A stretch of 32,000 nucleotides of DNA from Ornithinimicrobium kibberense. GTDB lineage: Bacteria > Actinomycetota > Actinomycetes > Actinomycetales > Dermatophilaceae. Location of the stretch: positions 48,179-80,178 of the forward strand of contig NZ_VFXM01000015.1 of NCBI RefSeq assembly GCF_006519705.1. The letters are read 5' to 3'. Made by a program: the position numbers and the translations under genes. The notes below the pieces were generated by a model. That model was not told where the DNA came from, did not search any database, and saw only the letters and a program-made list of their open reading frames with translations. Every line of letters begins with the position of its first letter. Position 1 is the first letter of the stretch. Of this stretch, positions 7,661-15,973 are shown one piece after another.

Positions 7661-9004
7661 TCAGCAGTCGGCGACCAGCTGGCCCAGCACGCGCGTCCCG
7701 AAGCGGATGGAGTCGGTGGGCACCCGCTCGTCCACCCCGTGGAACATGCCGACGAAGTCGAGCTCCTCGGGCAGCCGCAGCGGCGCGAACCCGTAGCCGG
7801 TGATGCCCAGCCGCGACAGGTGCTTGTTGTCGGTGCCGCCGGAGAGGCAGTAGGGCAGCACGTGGGCGCCGGGGTCCTCCTTGAGCAGTGCCCGCTTCAT
7901 CGACTCCACGAGCTCCCCCGAGGAGGGGGACTCCAGGGCCACGTCCTTGACCACGACCTCGATCTCGACGTGCTCGCCGGCCAGCTCGGCGATGGTCGCC
8001 ATCAGCTCCTCCTCGTGACCGGGGAGGAACCGGCAGTCGAGCGAGGCGGAGGCCGTCTGGGGGATGACGTTGTGCTTGTAGCCGGAGGAGAGCATCGAGA
8101 AGTTGGCGGTGTCCCGCAGCGTGCCCTCGACGAACCGGCGGGCGCCGCCGAGTCGCTGGAGCACGTCCTCGACGCTCTCCTCCGACCAGGTGCCCCCGAC
8201 GATGTCGGCCACCCCGTCGAAGAGCTCGCGCACCGAGGCGATGAAGGTGCGGGGCCAGGGGTGGGCGTCGATCCGGGCGATGGCCTCGGCCAGCCGGACG
8301 ATGGCGTTCTCGTCGCTGGGCACCGACCCGTGCCCGGCCCTGCCGTGGGCGTGCAGGCGCAACCAGGCGATCCCCTTCTCCGCGGTCTGGAGCAGGTAGG
8401 CCCGGGTCGGGGCGCCGGTCGCGGCGTCCGGCAGCGTCACCGAGAAGCCGCCGACCTCGCTGATGGCCTCCGTGCAGCCCTCGAACCACTCGGGGTGCTG
8501 CTGCACGACATGCCCCGCGCCCTTCTCCCCGCCGTGCTCCTCGTCGGCGAAGAAGGCCCAGACGATGTCGCGCGGCGGCTTCTCCCCCGTGCGGGCCAGC
8601 TGGCGCAGGGTGGCCAGCAGCATGGCGTCCATGTCCTTCATGTCCACGGCCCCACGGCCCCAGATCATCCCGTCCTGCTCGACCGCCTCGAACGGGTCGA
8701 CCGACCAGTCCTTGGCCTCGGCCGGCACGACGTCCAGGTGCCCGTGCAGGACCAGGCCGCCGCGGCTGCTGTCGCGGCCCTCGGTGCGCACCACCACGCT
8801 GGCCCGGCCGGGGTCGGACTCGACCAGCTGCGGCTCGAGCCCGACCTCCTCGAGAAGGCCCACGACATACTCCGCCGCCGCCCGTTCCCCGGGACCGCTG
8901 CCGTCGCCGTAGTTGCTCGTGTCGATCCGGATCAGCTCTCGGCAGATCCGCACCGCCTCGTCCTCGACGGCGGTGGACGAAAAGGTCTCCGGGGTGCTCG
9001 TCAT
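7661..9004 (-). CDS. M20/M25/M40 family metallopeptidase
   Basis: 447 aa with 'LVLHGHLDVVPA', 'WGRGAVDMKD' and 'ADEEHGG', the M20 metal-binding motifs. Confidence 0.9.
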   Translation of the reverse strand: MTSTPETFSSTAVEDEAVRICRELIRIDTSNYGDGSGPGERAAAEYVVGLLEEVGLEPQLVESDPGRASVVVRTEGRDSSRGGLVLHGHLDVVPAEAKDWSVDPFEAVEQDGMIWGRGAVDMKDMDAMLLATLRQLARTGEKPPRDIVWAFFADEEHGGEKGAGHVVQQHPEWFEGCTEAISEVGGFSVTLPDAATGAPTRAYLLQTAEKGIAWLRLHAHGRAGHGSVPSDENAIVRLAEAIARIDAHPWPRTFIASVRELFDGVADIVGGTWSEESVEDVLQRLGGARRFVEGTLRDTANFSMLSSGYKHNVIPQTASASLDCRFLPGHEEELMATIAELAGEHVEIEVVVKDVALESPSSGELVESMKRALLKEDPGAHVLPYCLSGGTDNKHLSRLGITGYGFAPLRLPEELDFVGMFHGVDERVPTDSIRFGTRVLGQLVADC

Positions 9005-9013
9005 ACCGCCACC

Positions 9014-9472
9014 CTAACCAGCGTCGTCACCCAGCTTGGACTCCACGCAGGCCACGAACTGGCCCAGCAGCTTGTCCGACACCGACTGCATCACCCCGCG
9101 GCCGAACTGTGCGGGCTTGCCGGTGATGTGCAGCTCGGTGCCCACGTCGACCCGGGTGCCCCCGCCGTCCGGGGCCAGCTGCATCGTCACGGTGGCCGAG
9201 GCGTTGCCCAGGCCGCGCATGCCCTTCCCGGTGCCCTCGACGACCGCTCGACGGGCCTCGTCGTCGCGCTCGAGGAACCGGCCGGTGCCCTGGTAGGTGA
9301 CGGCGATCGGCCCCAGCTTGACCTTGACGTTGCCCGCGAAGGTCTCCTCGTCGGCCTCCGTCACCGTGGCTCCGGGGAAGCAACCACCTACGGTCTGCAG
9401 GTCGGTCATCAGGGCCCAGGTGCGCTCCGGCGGTGCCGGGACGGTGAACGAGTGCTCCAGCTCCATCGCCAC
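9014..9472 (-). CDS. coxG: CoxG / SRPBCC-family carbon monoxide dehydrogenase subunit G-like protein
   Basis: 152 aa. 'FTVPAPPERTWALMTDLQTVGGCFPGA...GNVKVKLGPIAVTYQGTGRF' is CoxG-like. It directly follows coxM (3-nt gap). Confidence 0.85.
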   Translation of the reverse strand: MAMELEHSFTVPAPPERTWALMTDLQTVGGCFPGATVTEADEETFAGNVKVKLGPIAVTYQGTGRFLERDDEARRAVVEGTGKGMRGLGNASATVTMQLAPDGGGTRVDVGTELHITGKPAQFGRGVMQSVSDKLLGQFVACVESKLGDDAG

Positions 9473-9475
9473 GGG

Positions 9476-10330
9476 TCAGGCCCCCGCCGCTGTCAGGACC
9501 GCCCGCCGGGTCAGCACCCCGGCGAGGTGCCGCCGGTAGTCGGCCTGCCCGTTGAGGTCCGAGGGCGGGTCGGTGCCCTCCCCCGCCCGGGCGCAGACCT
9601 GGGCCACCGCCTCCTCGGTCGCCGGCAGCCCCACGAGGGCCTGCTCGACCTCGCTCGCCCGCATCGGGGTGGCGCCCATGTTGGTCAGGCCGACCCGCGC
9701 CTCGGCGATGGTCCCGCCCTCGGCCCGGACGGTCGCGGCGACCCCGATGATGGCCCACTGGTGGGAGACCCGGACGAACTTCTCGTAGTGGCTGCCCCAG
9801 CCGGTGTGCTTGGGCAGGACGACCGCGGTGAGCAGCTCGCCCTCCCCCACGGCTGTCTCGAACAGGTCCACGAAGAACTCCGACGCGGGCACCTCCCGCT
9901 CCCCGTCCGGGCCCCGGACGACCATCCGTCCCTCGAGGGCCAGCACGGGGGCGCCGACGTCGCCGGCCGGGTCGGCGTGCACCAGGGCGCCGCAGACCGT
10001 GCCGCGGTGGCGGATCTGGGGGTCGGCGATCTCCTTGACGGCCGAGCGGAGGAGGCCGAGGTGCTCGGTGACGAGGTCGGAGTCGAGCACGTCCTGGTAG
10101 GTCGCGCCGGCACCGATCCTGATGCTGTCACCCTCGTCGGTGATCCCTCGGAGGCCCTCGATCCGGGAGATGTCCACGACCATCCCGGGGGCGTTCAGCC
10201 GCATCCGCAGGACGGGCAGCAGGGACTGCCCTCCGGCCAGCACCTTGGCCTCGTCGCCGTGCTCGGCGAGCAGGGCCAGGGCCTCCTCGACGGTGGCGGG
10301 GGCGGCGTAGTCGAACGGTGCGGGGATCAT
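9476..10330 (-). CDS. coxM: Molybdenum hydroxylase FAD-binding medium subunit (CoxM-like)
   Basis: [45 protein letters not shown]... is the FAD_binding_5 / CO dehydrogenase flavoprotein pattern. ATG 10330 overlaps the coxL stop (ATGA). Confidence 0.9.
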   Translation of the reverse strand: MIPAPFDYAAPATVEEALALLAEHGDEAKVLAGGQSLLPVLRMRLNAPGMVVDISRIEGLRGITDEGDSIRIGAGATYQDVLDSDLVTEHLGLLRSAVKEIADPQIRHRGTVCGALVHADPAGDVGAPVLALEGRMVVRGPDGEREVPASEFFVDLFETAVGEGELLTAVVLPKHTGWGSHYEKFVRVSHQWAIIGVAATVRAEGGTIAEARVGLTNMGATPMRASEVEQALVGLPATEEAVAQVCARAGEGTDPPSDLNGQADYRRHLAGVLTRRAVLTAAGA

Positions 10331-12852
10331 GCCCGACCACCTTCCTGGGGGTATGCGGTGCCGCCGGCAGGTCCGTCCGGCCCGGGGTCGTCCTGGTTGG
10401 GTGCGTCCTGCGTGAAGTGCGGCTGGGCGCTGTCCTCGGTGGGCGTGCTCCCGCCCTGCCGGTTGTCCTCGATCGCCCGCCAGACCCGTTCGGGGGTGCA
10501 GGGCATCTGGATGTCGTGGATGCCCATCGGCCGGACGGCGTCGACGACGGCGTTGACGACGGCCGGGGTGGAGGCGATGGCTCCCGCCTCGCCCACCCCC
10601 TTGGCGCCGAGGTCGTTGGTCGTGGCCGGGGAGACGGTCCGGTCGGTGACGAAGCTGATCGTGTCCGCCGAGGTGGGCAGGGTGTAGTCGACGAACGAGC
10701 CGGACACCAGCGTGCCCTGGTCGTCGTAGACGGCCTCCTCCCACAGCGCCTGGGCGATGCCCTGGACGAGGCCGCCGTGGATCTGCCCGTCGACGATGAG
10801 CGGGTTGACCACGTTGCCGACGTCGTCGACCGAGACGTAGGAACGCATCCGGCTCTGCCCGGTCTCGGTGTCGACCTCCATGGCGCACAGGTGGGTGCCG
10901 TGCGGGAAGGAGAAGTTCTCCGGGTCGAAGGTGGCGTCGGCGTCGAGGGTGGGCTCCATGCCGTCGGGCAGGTCGTGGGCGGTGAACACCTTGAGGGCGA
11001 GGTCGGTCAGGCCGATGCCCTCCTGGTCGTCGCCGGCCCCGCGGACCCGGAACCTGCCGGAGGAGAACTCCAGGTCGTCGACGTTGGCCTCCAGCAGGTG
11101 CGCCGCGAGGGGCTTGGCCTTCTCGACCACCCGCTGGGCCGCCTGGACGACGGCCTGGCCGCCGACGACCAGCGAGCGCGACCCGTAGGTGTCCAGCCCG
11201 CGGGGGCTGACCTGGGTGTCCCCGTGCAGGACCTCGACGTCCTCGAACGGCACGCCGAGCTGGTCGGCCACGATCTGGCTCCAGGCGGTCTCGTGCCCCT
11301 GGCCGTGGGCCGAGGCTCCGGTGACGACCTCGACCTTGCCGCTGGGCAGCATCCGCACCGAGGCGCTCTCCCAGCCCCCGGCGCCGTAGTCGAGGGAGCC
11401 CAGGACCCGGGAGGGTGCCAGGCCGCACATCTCGGTGAAGGTGGACACGCCGATGCCCAGCTGGACCCGGTCGCCGCTCTCCCGGCGACGGGCCTGCTCG
11501 GCCCGCAGCTCGTCATACCCGAAGAGCTCCTTGGCCCGGGTGGTGGCGGCCTCGTAGTTGCCGGAGTCGTACTCCAGCCCGCAGACGGAGGTGAACGGGA
11601 ACTCCTCGTGGGTGATCCAGTTCTGCTCGCGCACCTCGAGCGGGTCGCGTCCCAGCTCGGCGGCCAGCTCGTCCATGAGCCGCTCGATCGCGAAGGTCGC
11701 CTCGGGGCGGCCGGCACCGCGGTAGGCGTCGGTCCACGTCTTGTTGGTGAAGACGTTGGTGCAGGTGAAGTGGTAGGCGGGGAACTTGTAGATGGCGTTG
11801 TACATGAAGGCCCCGAGGATGGGCACGCCGGGCGTGACCAGGCCCAGGTAGGCGCCCATGTCGGCGAGCAGCTCGACCTTGAGGCCGGTGACCGTGCCGT
11901 CCTTGCGGGCCGCGAGGGTGAGCTTCTGCCACTGGTCACGGCCGTGGTGGCCGGACAGCAGCGACTCGCTGCGGGTCTCGGTCCACTTGCACGGGCGGCC
12001 GGTGCGGCGGGCCGCGAGGAAGGTGATGATCTCCTCGGGGGTGACCTGCAGCTTGCCGCCGAACCCGCCGCCGACGTCGGGCGCGATGACCCGGACCTTG
12101 GACTCCGGCACGCCGAGGGTGAGGGCGAGCATGAGGCGCAGGATGTGCGGCACCTGGGTGGCGGACCACATGACGAACTGCTCGCCGGTGGGGTCGACGA
12201 CGACCGAGCGGGGTTCCATGAACGCCGGGATGAGGCGCTGCTGGCGGTACTCCCGCTCGATGAGCACCTCGGCGTCGCGGATGGCGGCCTCCACGTCCTC
12301 GCCGGTCCCGGCCTCGGCCGAGTCGAAGGTCCAGGTGGCCGACCGGTTGGTGCCCAGGTCGGGGTGGGCCAGGACGTCGTCGCCGGCGGACTGCCGCAGG
12401 TCGAGGGCGGCGGGCAGCTCCTCGTAGTCCACGTCGACCAGCTCGGCGGCGTCCCGGGCTGCGGCCGCGGTGCGGGCCACGACGACCGCCACGATCTCGC
12501 CCGCGAAGGCGACGCGGTCGACGGCGATCGCCGGGTGCGGGGGGGCCTTCTGGTCGGGGGTGATCGGCCAGGCGGTGGGCAGGGATCCCTGGATCTCCTT
12601 GACGTCCTCGCCGGTGATCACGGCGACGACGTTGGGCGAGGACTCGGCGGCGCCGGCGTCGATGCCGGTGATCCGGGCGTGGGCGTAGGGGCTGCGCACC
12701 ATGGACAGGTGCAGCATCCCCTGCAGCTGCATGTTGTCGGTCCACCTGGTGCGGCCGGTGATGAGGCGCTGGTCCTCCTTGCGGCGGCGGTCCCGGCCTA
12801 CCTCCCCCTGGGGGGTGTCCTGCTCGGCGGTGCGGTCGTCGGTGACGGTCAT
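10327..12852 (-). CDS. coxL: Molybdopterin-dependent hydroxylase large subunit, form-II CoxL-like
   Basis: 841 aa of aldehyde oxidase/xanthine dehydrogenase a/b-hammerhead and Mo-binding sequence. The active-site loop reads AYRGAGR (11707-11727), the form-II signature rather than AYxCSFR. Confidence 0.92.
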   Translation of the reverse strand: MTVTDDRTAEQDTPQGEVGRDRRRKEDQRLITGRTRWTDNMQLQGMLHLSMVRSPYAHARITGIDAGAAESSPNVVAVITGEDVKEIQGSLPTAWPITPDQKAPPHPAIAVDRVAFAGEIVAVVVARTAAAARDAAELVDVDYEELPAALDLRQSAGDDVLAHPDLGTNRSATWTFDSAEAGTGEDVEAAIRDAEVLIEREYRQQRLIPAFMEPRSVVVDPTGEQFVMWSATQVPHILRLMLALTLGVPESKVRVIAPDVGGGFGGKLQVTPEEIITFLAARRTGRPCKWTETRSESLLSGHHGRDQWQKLTLAARKDGTVTGLKVELLADMGAYLGLVTPGVPILGAFMYNAIYKFPAYHFTCTNVFTNKTWTDAYRGAGRPEATFAIERLMDELAAELGRDPLEVREQNWITHEEFPFTSVCGLEYDSGNYEAATTRAKELFGYDELRAEQARRRESGDRVQLGIGVSTFTEMCGLAPSRVLGSLDYGAGGWESASVRMLPSGKVEVVTGASAHGQGHETAWSQIVADQLGVPFEDVEVLHGDTQVSPRGLDTYGSRSLVVGGQAVVQAAQRVVEKAKPLAAHLLEANVDDLEFSSGRFRVRGAGDDQEGIGLTDLALKVFTAHDLPDGMEPTLDADATFDPENFSFPHGTHLCAMEVDTETGQSRMRSYVSVDDVGNVVNPLIVDGQIHGGLVQGIAQALWEEAVYDDQGTLVSGSFVDYTLPTSADTISFVTDRTVSPATTNDLGAKGVGEAGAIASTPAVVNAVVDAVRPMGIHDIQMPCTPERVWRAIEDNRQGGSTPTEDSAQPHFTQDAPNQDDPGPDGPAGGTAYPQEGGRA

Positions 12853-13343
12853 GCCTGCTCACTCCCCTGGGTCGCGGTGGCGGATCCGGAGCCGGCGGCC
12901 TGCAGCACGGCCTTGACGATGTTGTGGTAGCCGGTGCAGCGGCACAGGTTGCCCTCCATGTGCTGGCGGACGTGCTCCTCGTCGGGGTTCGGGTTCTCGG
13001 CGAGGAGATCGGTCGCCTGCATGATCATCCCGGGGGTGCAGAAGCCGCACTGCAGGGCGTGGCAGTCGCGGAACGCCTCCTGTACGGGGCTGAGCTGCTC
13101 GCCGTCGGCCAGGCCCTCGATCGTGGTCACGGTCCGCCCGTCGGCCTGGACGGCGAGCACGTTGCAGGACTTCACGCTGCGGCCGTCGAGGTGCACGGTG
13201 CAGGCGCCGCAGCTGCTCGTGTCGCAGCCGACGACCGTGCCGGTCTTGCCGAGCTGTTCTCGCAGGTAGTGGACCAGGAGCGTTCGGGGCTCGACGTCGT
13301 CGGTGTACTTCATGCCGTCGACCGTCACGGAGATCTGGGTCAT
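12849..13343 (-). CDS. coxS: [2Fe-2S]-binding small subunit (CoxS-like)
   Basis: '[12 protein letters not shown]' and '[10 protein letters not shown]...CRCTGY' are the two 2Fe-2S motifs. Start placed at ATG 13343, preceded by CTGGAGGACGC (SD). The stop overlaps the coxL start (ATGA). Confidence 0.92.
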   Translation of the reverse strand: MTQISVTVDGMKYTDDVEPRTLLVHYLREQLGKTGTVVGCDTSSCGACTVHLDGRSVKSCNVLAVQADGRTVTTIEGLADGEQLSPVQEAFRDCHALQCGFCTPGMIMQATDLLAENPNPDEEHVRQHMEGNLCRCTGYHNIVKAVLQAAGSGSATATQGSEQA

Positions 13344-13440
13344 GCGTCCTCCAGGTGGGAACCGGACTTCGTTGTCCCGCCCGATCCTGCCCTGTCGCAC
13401 GTTCCGCCGCAATACCTCCGACGGTCCGGTGCCGGCGATG

Positions 13441-13614
13441 TCAGAAGAGGACGAAGCAACTGATCCCGAAGAGGATGAGGAAGGCGAAGAGCACGAAGCT
13501 CATGAAGTTGTTCTCCGCCGCGCTCGGCGCCCGGTCCTCCGGGACCCAGTCGTCGACCGCGGTGGCCGCAGGTCGCCGGGCGTGGGCGCTCCCCTGGTCG
13601 TGCGTGGTTCTCAC
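13441..13614 (-). CDS. Small tail-anchored membrane protein (57 aa), Phe-rich C-terminal TM helix
   Basis: [61 protein letters not shown] 13614 overlaps the upstream stop (GTGA, 13611-13614). GC3 is about 90% in this frame, whereas the antisense frame is rich in A/T-ending codons. Alternative internal start at ATG 13503 (20 aa) with GGAG about 9 nt upstream. Confidence 0.5.
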   Translation of the reverse strand: MRTTHDQGSAHARRPAATAVDDWVPEDRAPSAAENNFMSFVLFAFLILFGISCFVLF

Positions 13615-14066
13615 AGCACCGCTCCTATCCGGTCCAGCTCGGTCATGGTGGCGACGGCCAGGATCACGAGGACGACCGTGATGAAGGCCGTGTAGGTCCA
13701 GCGGTAGGCGTGGTCGGCCCGCCAGAAGCGTCGCAGGCTGAGCACGCCGGTGACGGCCGCGACGGCGCACAGGGCCAGTCCGATGGGTGCGGCCACCCAG
13801 CCGGCCAGGCTCAGGACCGGCAGCAGGACCGGCACGGCGACGTAGGTGACGACGCAGCGCACGGCGGAGACGACGACCGACACCCGGAAGGCGCGGTGCG
13901 CACCCTGGCCGGACCGGCGGTCGACCCCCTCGATGCCCAGGACCCGTCGCATCCACCGGTCCGCGGCACCGTCCGACCTGTGACCGGCGCCCTCGGGGGG
14001 CCGTCGTCCGGCGTCGGCGTCCGCCGGGGCGAGGGGGCTGGCCTGCGCCTGCGCCTGCGTGGTCAT
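13611..14066 (-). CDS. Hypothetical integral membrane protein (151 aa, about 3 TM)
   Basis: Low-complexity N-terminus, then hydrophobic segments VSVVVSAVRCVVTYVAVPVLLPVLSLAGWVAAPIGLALCAVAAVTGVL and WTYTAFITVVLVILAVA. GC3 is high. ATGA overlap with the upstream gene (14063-14066). Confidence 0.65.
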   Translation of the reverse strand: MTTQAQAQASPLAPADADAGRRPPEGAGHRSDGAADRWMRRVLGIEGVDRRSGQGAHRAFRVSVVVSAVRCVVTYVAVPVLLPVLSLAGWVAAPIGLALCAVAAVTGVLSLRRFWRADHAYRWTYTAFITVVLVILAVATMTELDRIGAVL

Positions 14067-14401
14067 CCTTCCTCCTCCTCGACCGGGCTCGTGCGCGGGT
14101 TGCGCATCAGCTGCCGGGCCCCGAGGCCCACGGACACCAGGCCCACGCCGCCGACGAGGATGCCGATGAAGAAGCCCCAGTAGAGGGGGTCCATCCTGGA
14201 GGCGGGGTCCTCGTTGCCCATCGTGCTGCCGATCAGGATGCCGAAGAAGGGGGCCAGCACGGCCAGGATGGCCCCACCGACCGCACGCCAGAATCCGGGT
14301 GGCGTGGGTTCGAGCCGCACCGGGCGTCCGGGAGGCGGAGGGGTGTCGTCCTCGACGACCTCCGCGTCGTCGCGCCGGGTGGTGGGGTGGGTGTCGGTCA
14401 T
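14063..14401 (-). CDS. Hypothetical membrane protein (112 aa, 2 TM)
   Basis: MTDTHPTTRRDDAEVVEDD...FWRAVGGAILAVLAPFFGILIGS...LYWGFFIGILVGGVGLVSVGLG...VEEEEG. ATG 14401 overlaps the SPFH stop (ATGA, 14398-14401). It is the C-terminal part of a composite track ORF. Confidence 0.65.
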   Translation of the reverse strand: MTDTHPTTRRDDAEVVEDDTPPPPGRPVRLEPTPPGFWRAVGGAILAVLAPFFGILIGSTMGNEDPASRMDPLYWGFFIGILVGGVGLVSVGLGARQLMRNPRTSPVEEEEG

Positions 14402-15276
14402 CGGGATCGCCCTTCTGCGCGGTCGTCGGCCACGGCCATGCCGTTCGTCGCCGAGGGGACGCGTGCTGCCGACGCCTCGCGTCCGTGGTCGGGGGTGCGG
14501 GTCTGCGCGGTGGGCGCGACCCTGTCCAGCGCGCCCAGCAGGGGCCCGACGATGTCCATCGGCAGCGGGAAGACCACCGTGGAGTTCTGGTCGGCGCCGA
14601 GCTCGAGCAGCGTCTGCAGGTAGCGCAGCTGCAGCGCCGCGGGCGCCTCGCTGAGGGTCCGCGCCGCGTCGCGCAGCTCCTCGGAGGCCTCGAGCTCGCC
14701 GTGCGCGCTGATGACCTTGGCCCGGCGCTCGCGCTCGGCCTCGGCCTGGCGGGCCATCGCCCGCTGCATCATCTCGGGGATCTCCACGTCCTTGATCTCG
14801 ACCACGTCGACGTCGACGCCCCACGGCACGGCCTGGTGGGCGATCGAGCGGTAGAGGTCCTCGTTGAGGTCGGCGCGGTGGGCCAGGAGGGTGTCCAGGT
14901 CCGCTCGCCCGACCACCGAGCGCAGGGTGGTCTGGGCGAACTGGGAGGTGGCGACCGCGTGGTTCTCCACCGCCATCACCGACCGCACCGGGTCGGACAC
15001 CTTGAACATCACCACGGCGTTGACCCGGGCGGTCACGTTGTCGCGGGTGATGACCTCCTGCGGCGGGATGGTCAGGGTCACCACCCGCTGGTCCACCCGC
15101 ACCGACCGGTCGAGGAACGGCAGCATGAGCACCAGGCCGGGCCCGAGCGCGCCGCGCAGCCGGCCGAGACGGAAGACGACCAGCCGCTCGTACTCGCGCA
15201 CCACCTTCAGCGAGGCGACGAGCAGCGCCAGCAGGACGCCGGCCACCACGAGGGCAGCCACCACCGAGCTAGGCAT
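14398..15276 (-). CDS. SPFH/Band-7 (prokaryotic stomatin / slipin) family protein
   Basis: N-terminal TM helix, then 'LKVVREYERLVVFRLGRL...PPQEVITRDNV...VEIKDVEIPEMMQRAMARQAEAERERRAKVISAHGELEAS...LQLRYLQTL', the classical p-stomatin sequence. Start placed at ATG 15276, preceded by GGAAGGAGG. The upstream extension to 15357 has poor GC3. Confidence 0.9.
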   Translation of the reverse strand: MPSSVVAALVVAGVLLALLVASLKVVREYERLVVFRLGRLRGALGPGLVLMLPFLDRSVRVDQRVVTLTIPPQEVITRDNVTARVNAVVMFKVSDPVRSVMAVENHAVATSQFAQTTLRSVVGRADLDTLLAHRADLNEDLYRSIAHQAVPWGVDVDVVEIKDVEIPEMMQRAMARQAEAERERRAKVISAHGELEASEELRDAARTLSEAPAALQLRYLQTLLELGADQNSTVVFPLPMDIVGPLLGALDRVAPTAQTRTPDHGREASAARVPSATNGMAVADDRAEGRSR

Positions 15277-15973
15277 TCTCCTGCGCCTCCTTCCGGTCCG
15301 AGGCGTACCGGGTGCGTCCGAGCACGACCGGCACGGGGTCCGTGTGCGGGTCGGCACGACGGTCGGAGGCGTAGGTCGTCCGCCGGCGACGGACCGCCTC
15401 GACCGCCTGCGCCCGCTCCTCGAGGTTCTCGTCCAAGGACCGGAAGAGCACCCCCTCGGGGTCCACCGGGCTGTTGCGCAGGTGCGACCACAGCGGTATG
15501 CCCCCGAGCGCGACGAGCAGGCCGGTGCCCAGGAGGAGGACCTGGCTCGTCCAGTGCTCGACGGTGAAGCTGGTGACCACGGGGAAGACGGCGGCCAGAA
15601 CGGCGACGGCGCAGGCGATGCCCCGGTGGAACCGGGCCGACTCCGAGGATGGCCAGGCGTCGACCGCCCGCCCCAGCTCCCGGCCGTCGTCCGTGGTCGT
15701 GCAGCTGTCCTTCACGGGGCAGGAGTTGCAGACGCTGGGACTGCCGCGGTAGCGCATGACCCGGTTCTCCGGGTCGAAGGACTGCGGCCACAGCCACTGG
15801 TCCTCGGGGCACAGCCACGCGTCGTGGTCCTCGTGGTAGGTGAACCCGCGCGTCTGGTGCTCGTCGTTGGCGGTGTGCACCCGCCGGGCGAGCAGGTCGA
15901 TCCCGTAGGCGACGAGCAGCAGCACGACGGCATACCCGGCGCCCAGCCACCCGGGCAGCTCGACCGCGGTCAC
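15269..15973 (-). CDS. Hypothetical 3-TM membrane protein with a cytoplasmic 4-Cys module (C-x26-C-x2-C-x5-C)
   Basis: 234 aa. TM1 is WLGAGYAVVLLLVAYGIDLLA. It is followed by FTYHEDHDAWLCPEDQW...RVMRYRGSPSVCNSCPVKDSCTTT, then two further TM helices and an Arg-rich tail with two YASDR[RK] motifs. The GTG start overlaps the qNOR stop (GTGA, 15970-15973). GC3 is high. Confidence 0.7.
   Translation of the reverse strand: MTAVELPGWLGAGYAVVLLLVAYGIDLLARRVHTANDEHQTRGFTYHEDHDAWLCPEDQWLWPQSFDPENRVMRYRGSPSVCNSCPVKDSCTTTDDGRELGRAVDAWPSSESARFHRGIACAVAVLAAVFPVVTSFTVEHWTSQVLLLGTGLLVALGGIPLWSHLRNSPVDPEGVLFRSLDENLEERAQAVEAVRRRRTTYASDRRADPHTDPVPVVLGRTRYASDRKEAQENA
15293..15311 (-). repeat. 19-nt repeat copy B (CCGGTCCGAGGCGTACCGG on the plus strand), encoding ...RYASDR...
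   Basis: 18/19 identical to 16003-16021. It lies in the 3' tail of the 4-Cys membrane protein gene. Confidence 0.8.

Noticed and set aside
13361-13430. 7-bp long-range inverted repeat ACCGGAC/GTCCGGT in the coxS leader, considered as a riboswitch-like element
   Set aside because: Its expected chance occurrence in a 97-nt GC-rich region is not negligible, and I recognised no conserved riboswitch core (e.g. Moco).
13441-13503. Phe-rich 20-codon ORF considered as a pheL-type attenuator leader peptide
   Set aside because: The downstream gene is coxS, not a Phe biosynthesis gene. No terminator/antiterminator pair follows. The frame extends upstream with high GC3 to a GTGA-coupled start, which favours a small membrane protein.
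13303-13695. Plus-strand ORF with an acidic run [22 protein letters not shown]
   Set aside because: It is the mirror image of the Phe/Leu-rich minus-strand micro-protein. Its codons mostly end in A or T (GAA, GAT, GCT, GTT), which is atypical here, and it would overlap the coxS start.
15277-15357. Upstream extension of the SPFH ORF (MPTRTRTPCRSCSD...)
   Set aside because: GC3 is poor in this frame, whereas the overlapping frame (the tail of the 4-Cys protein) has near-perfect GC3. ATG 15276 has a GGAAGGAGG SD.
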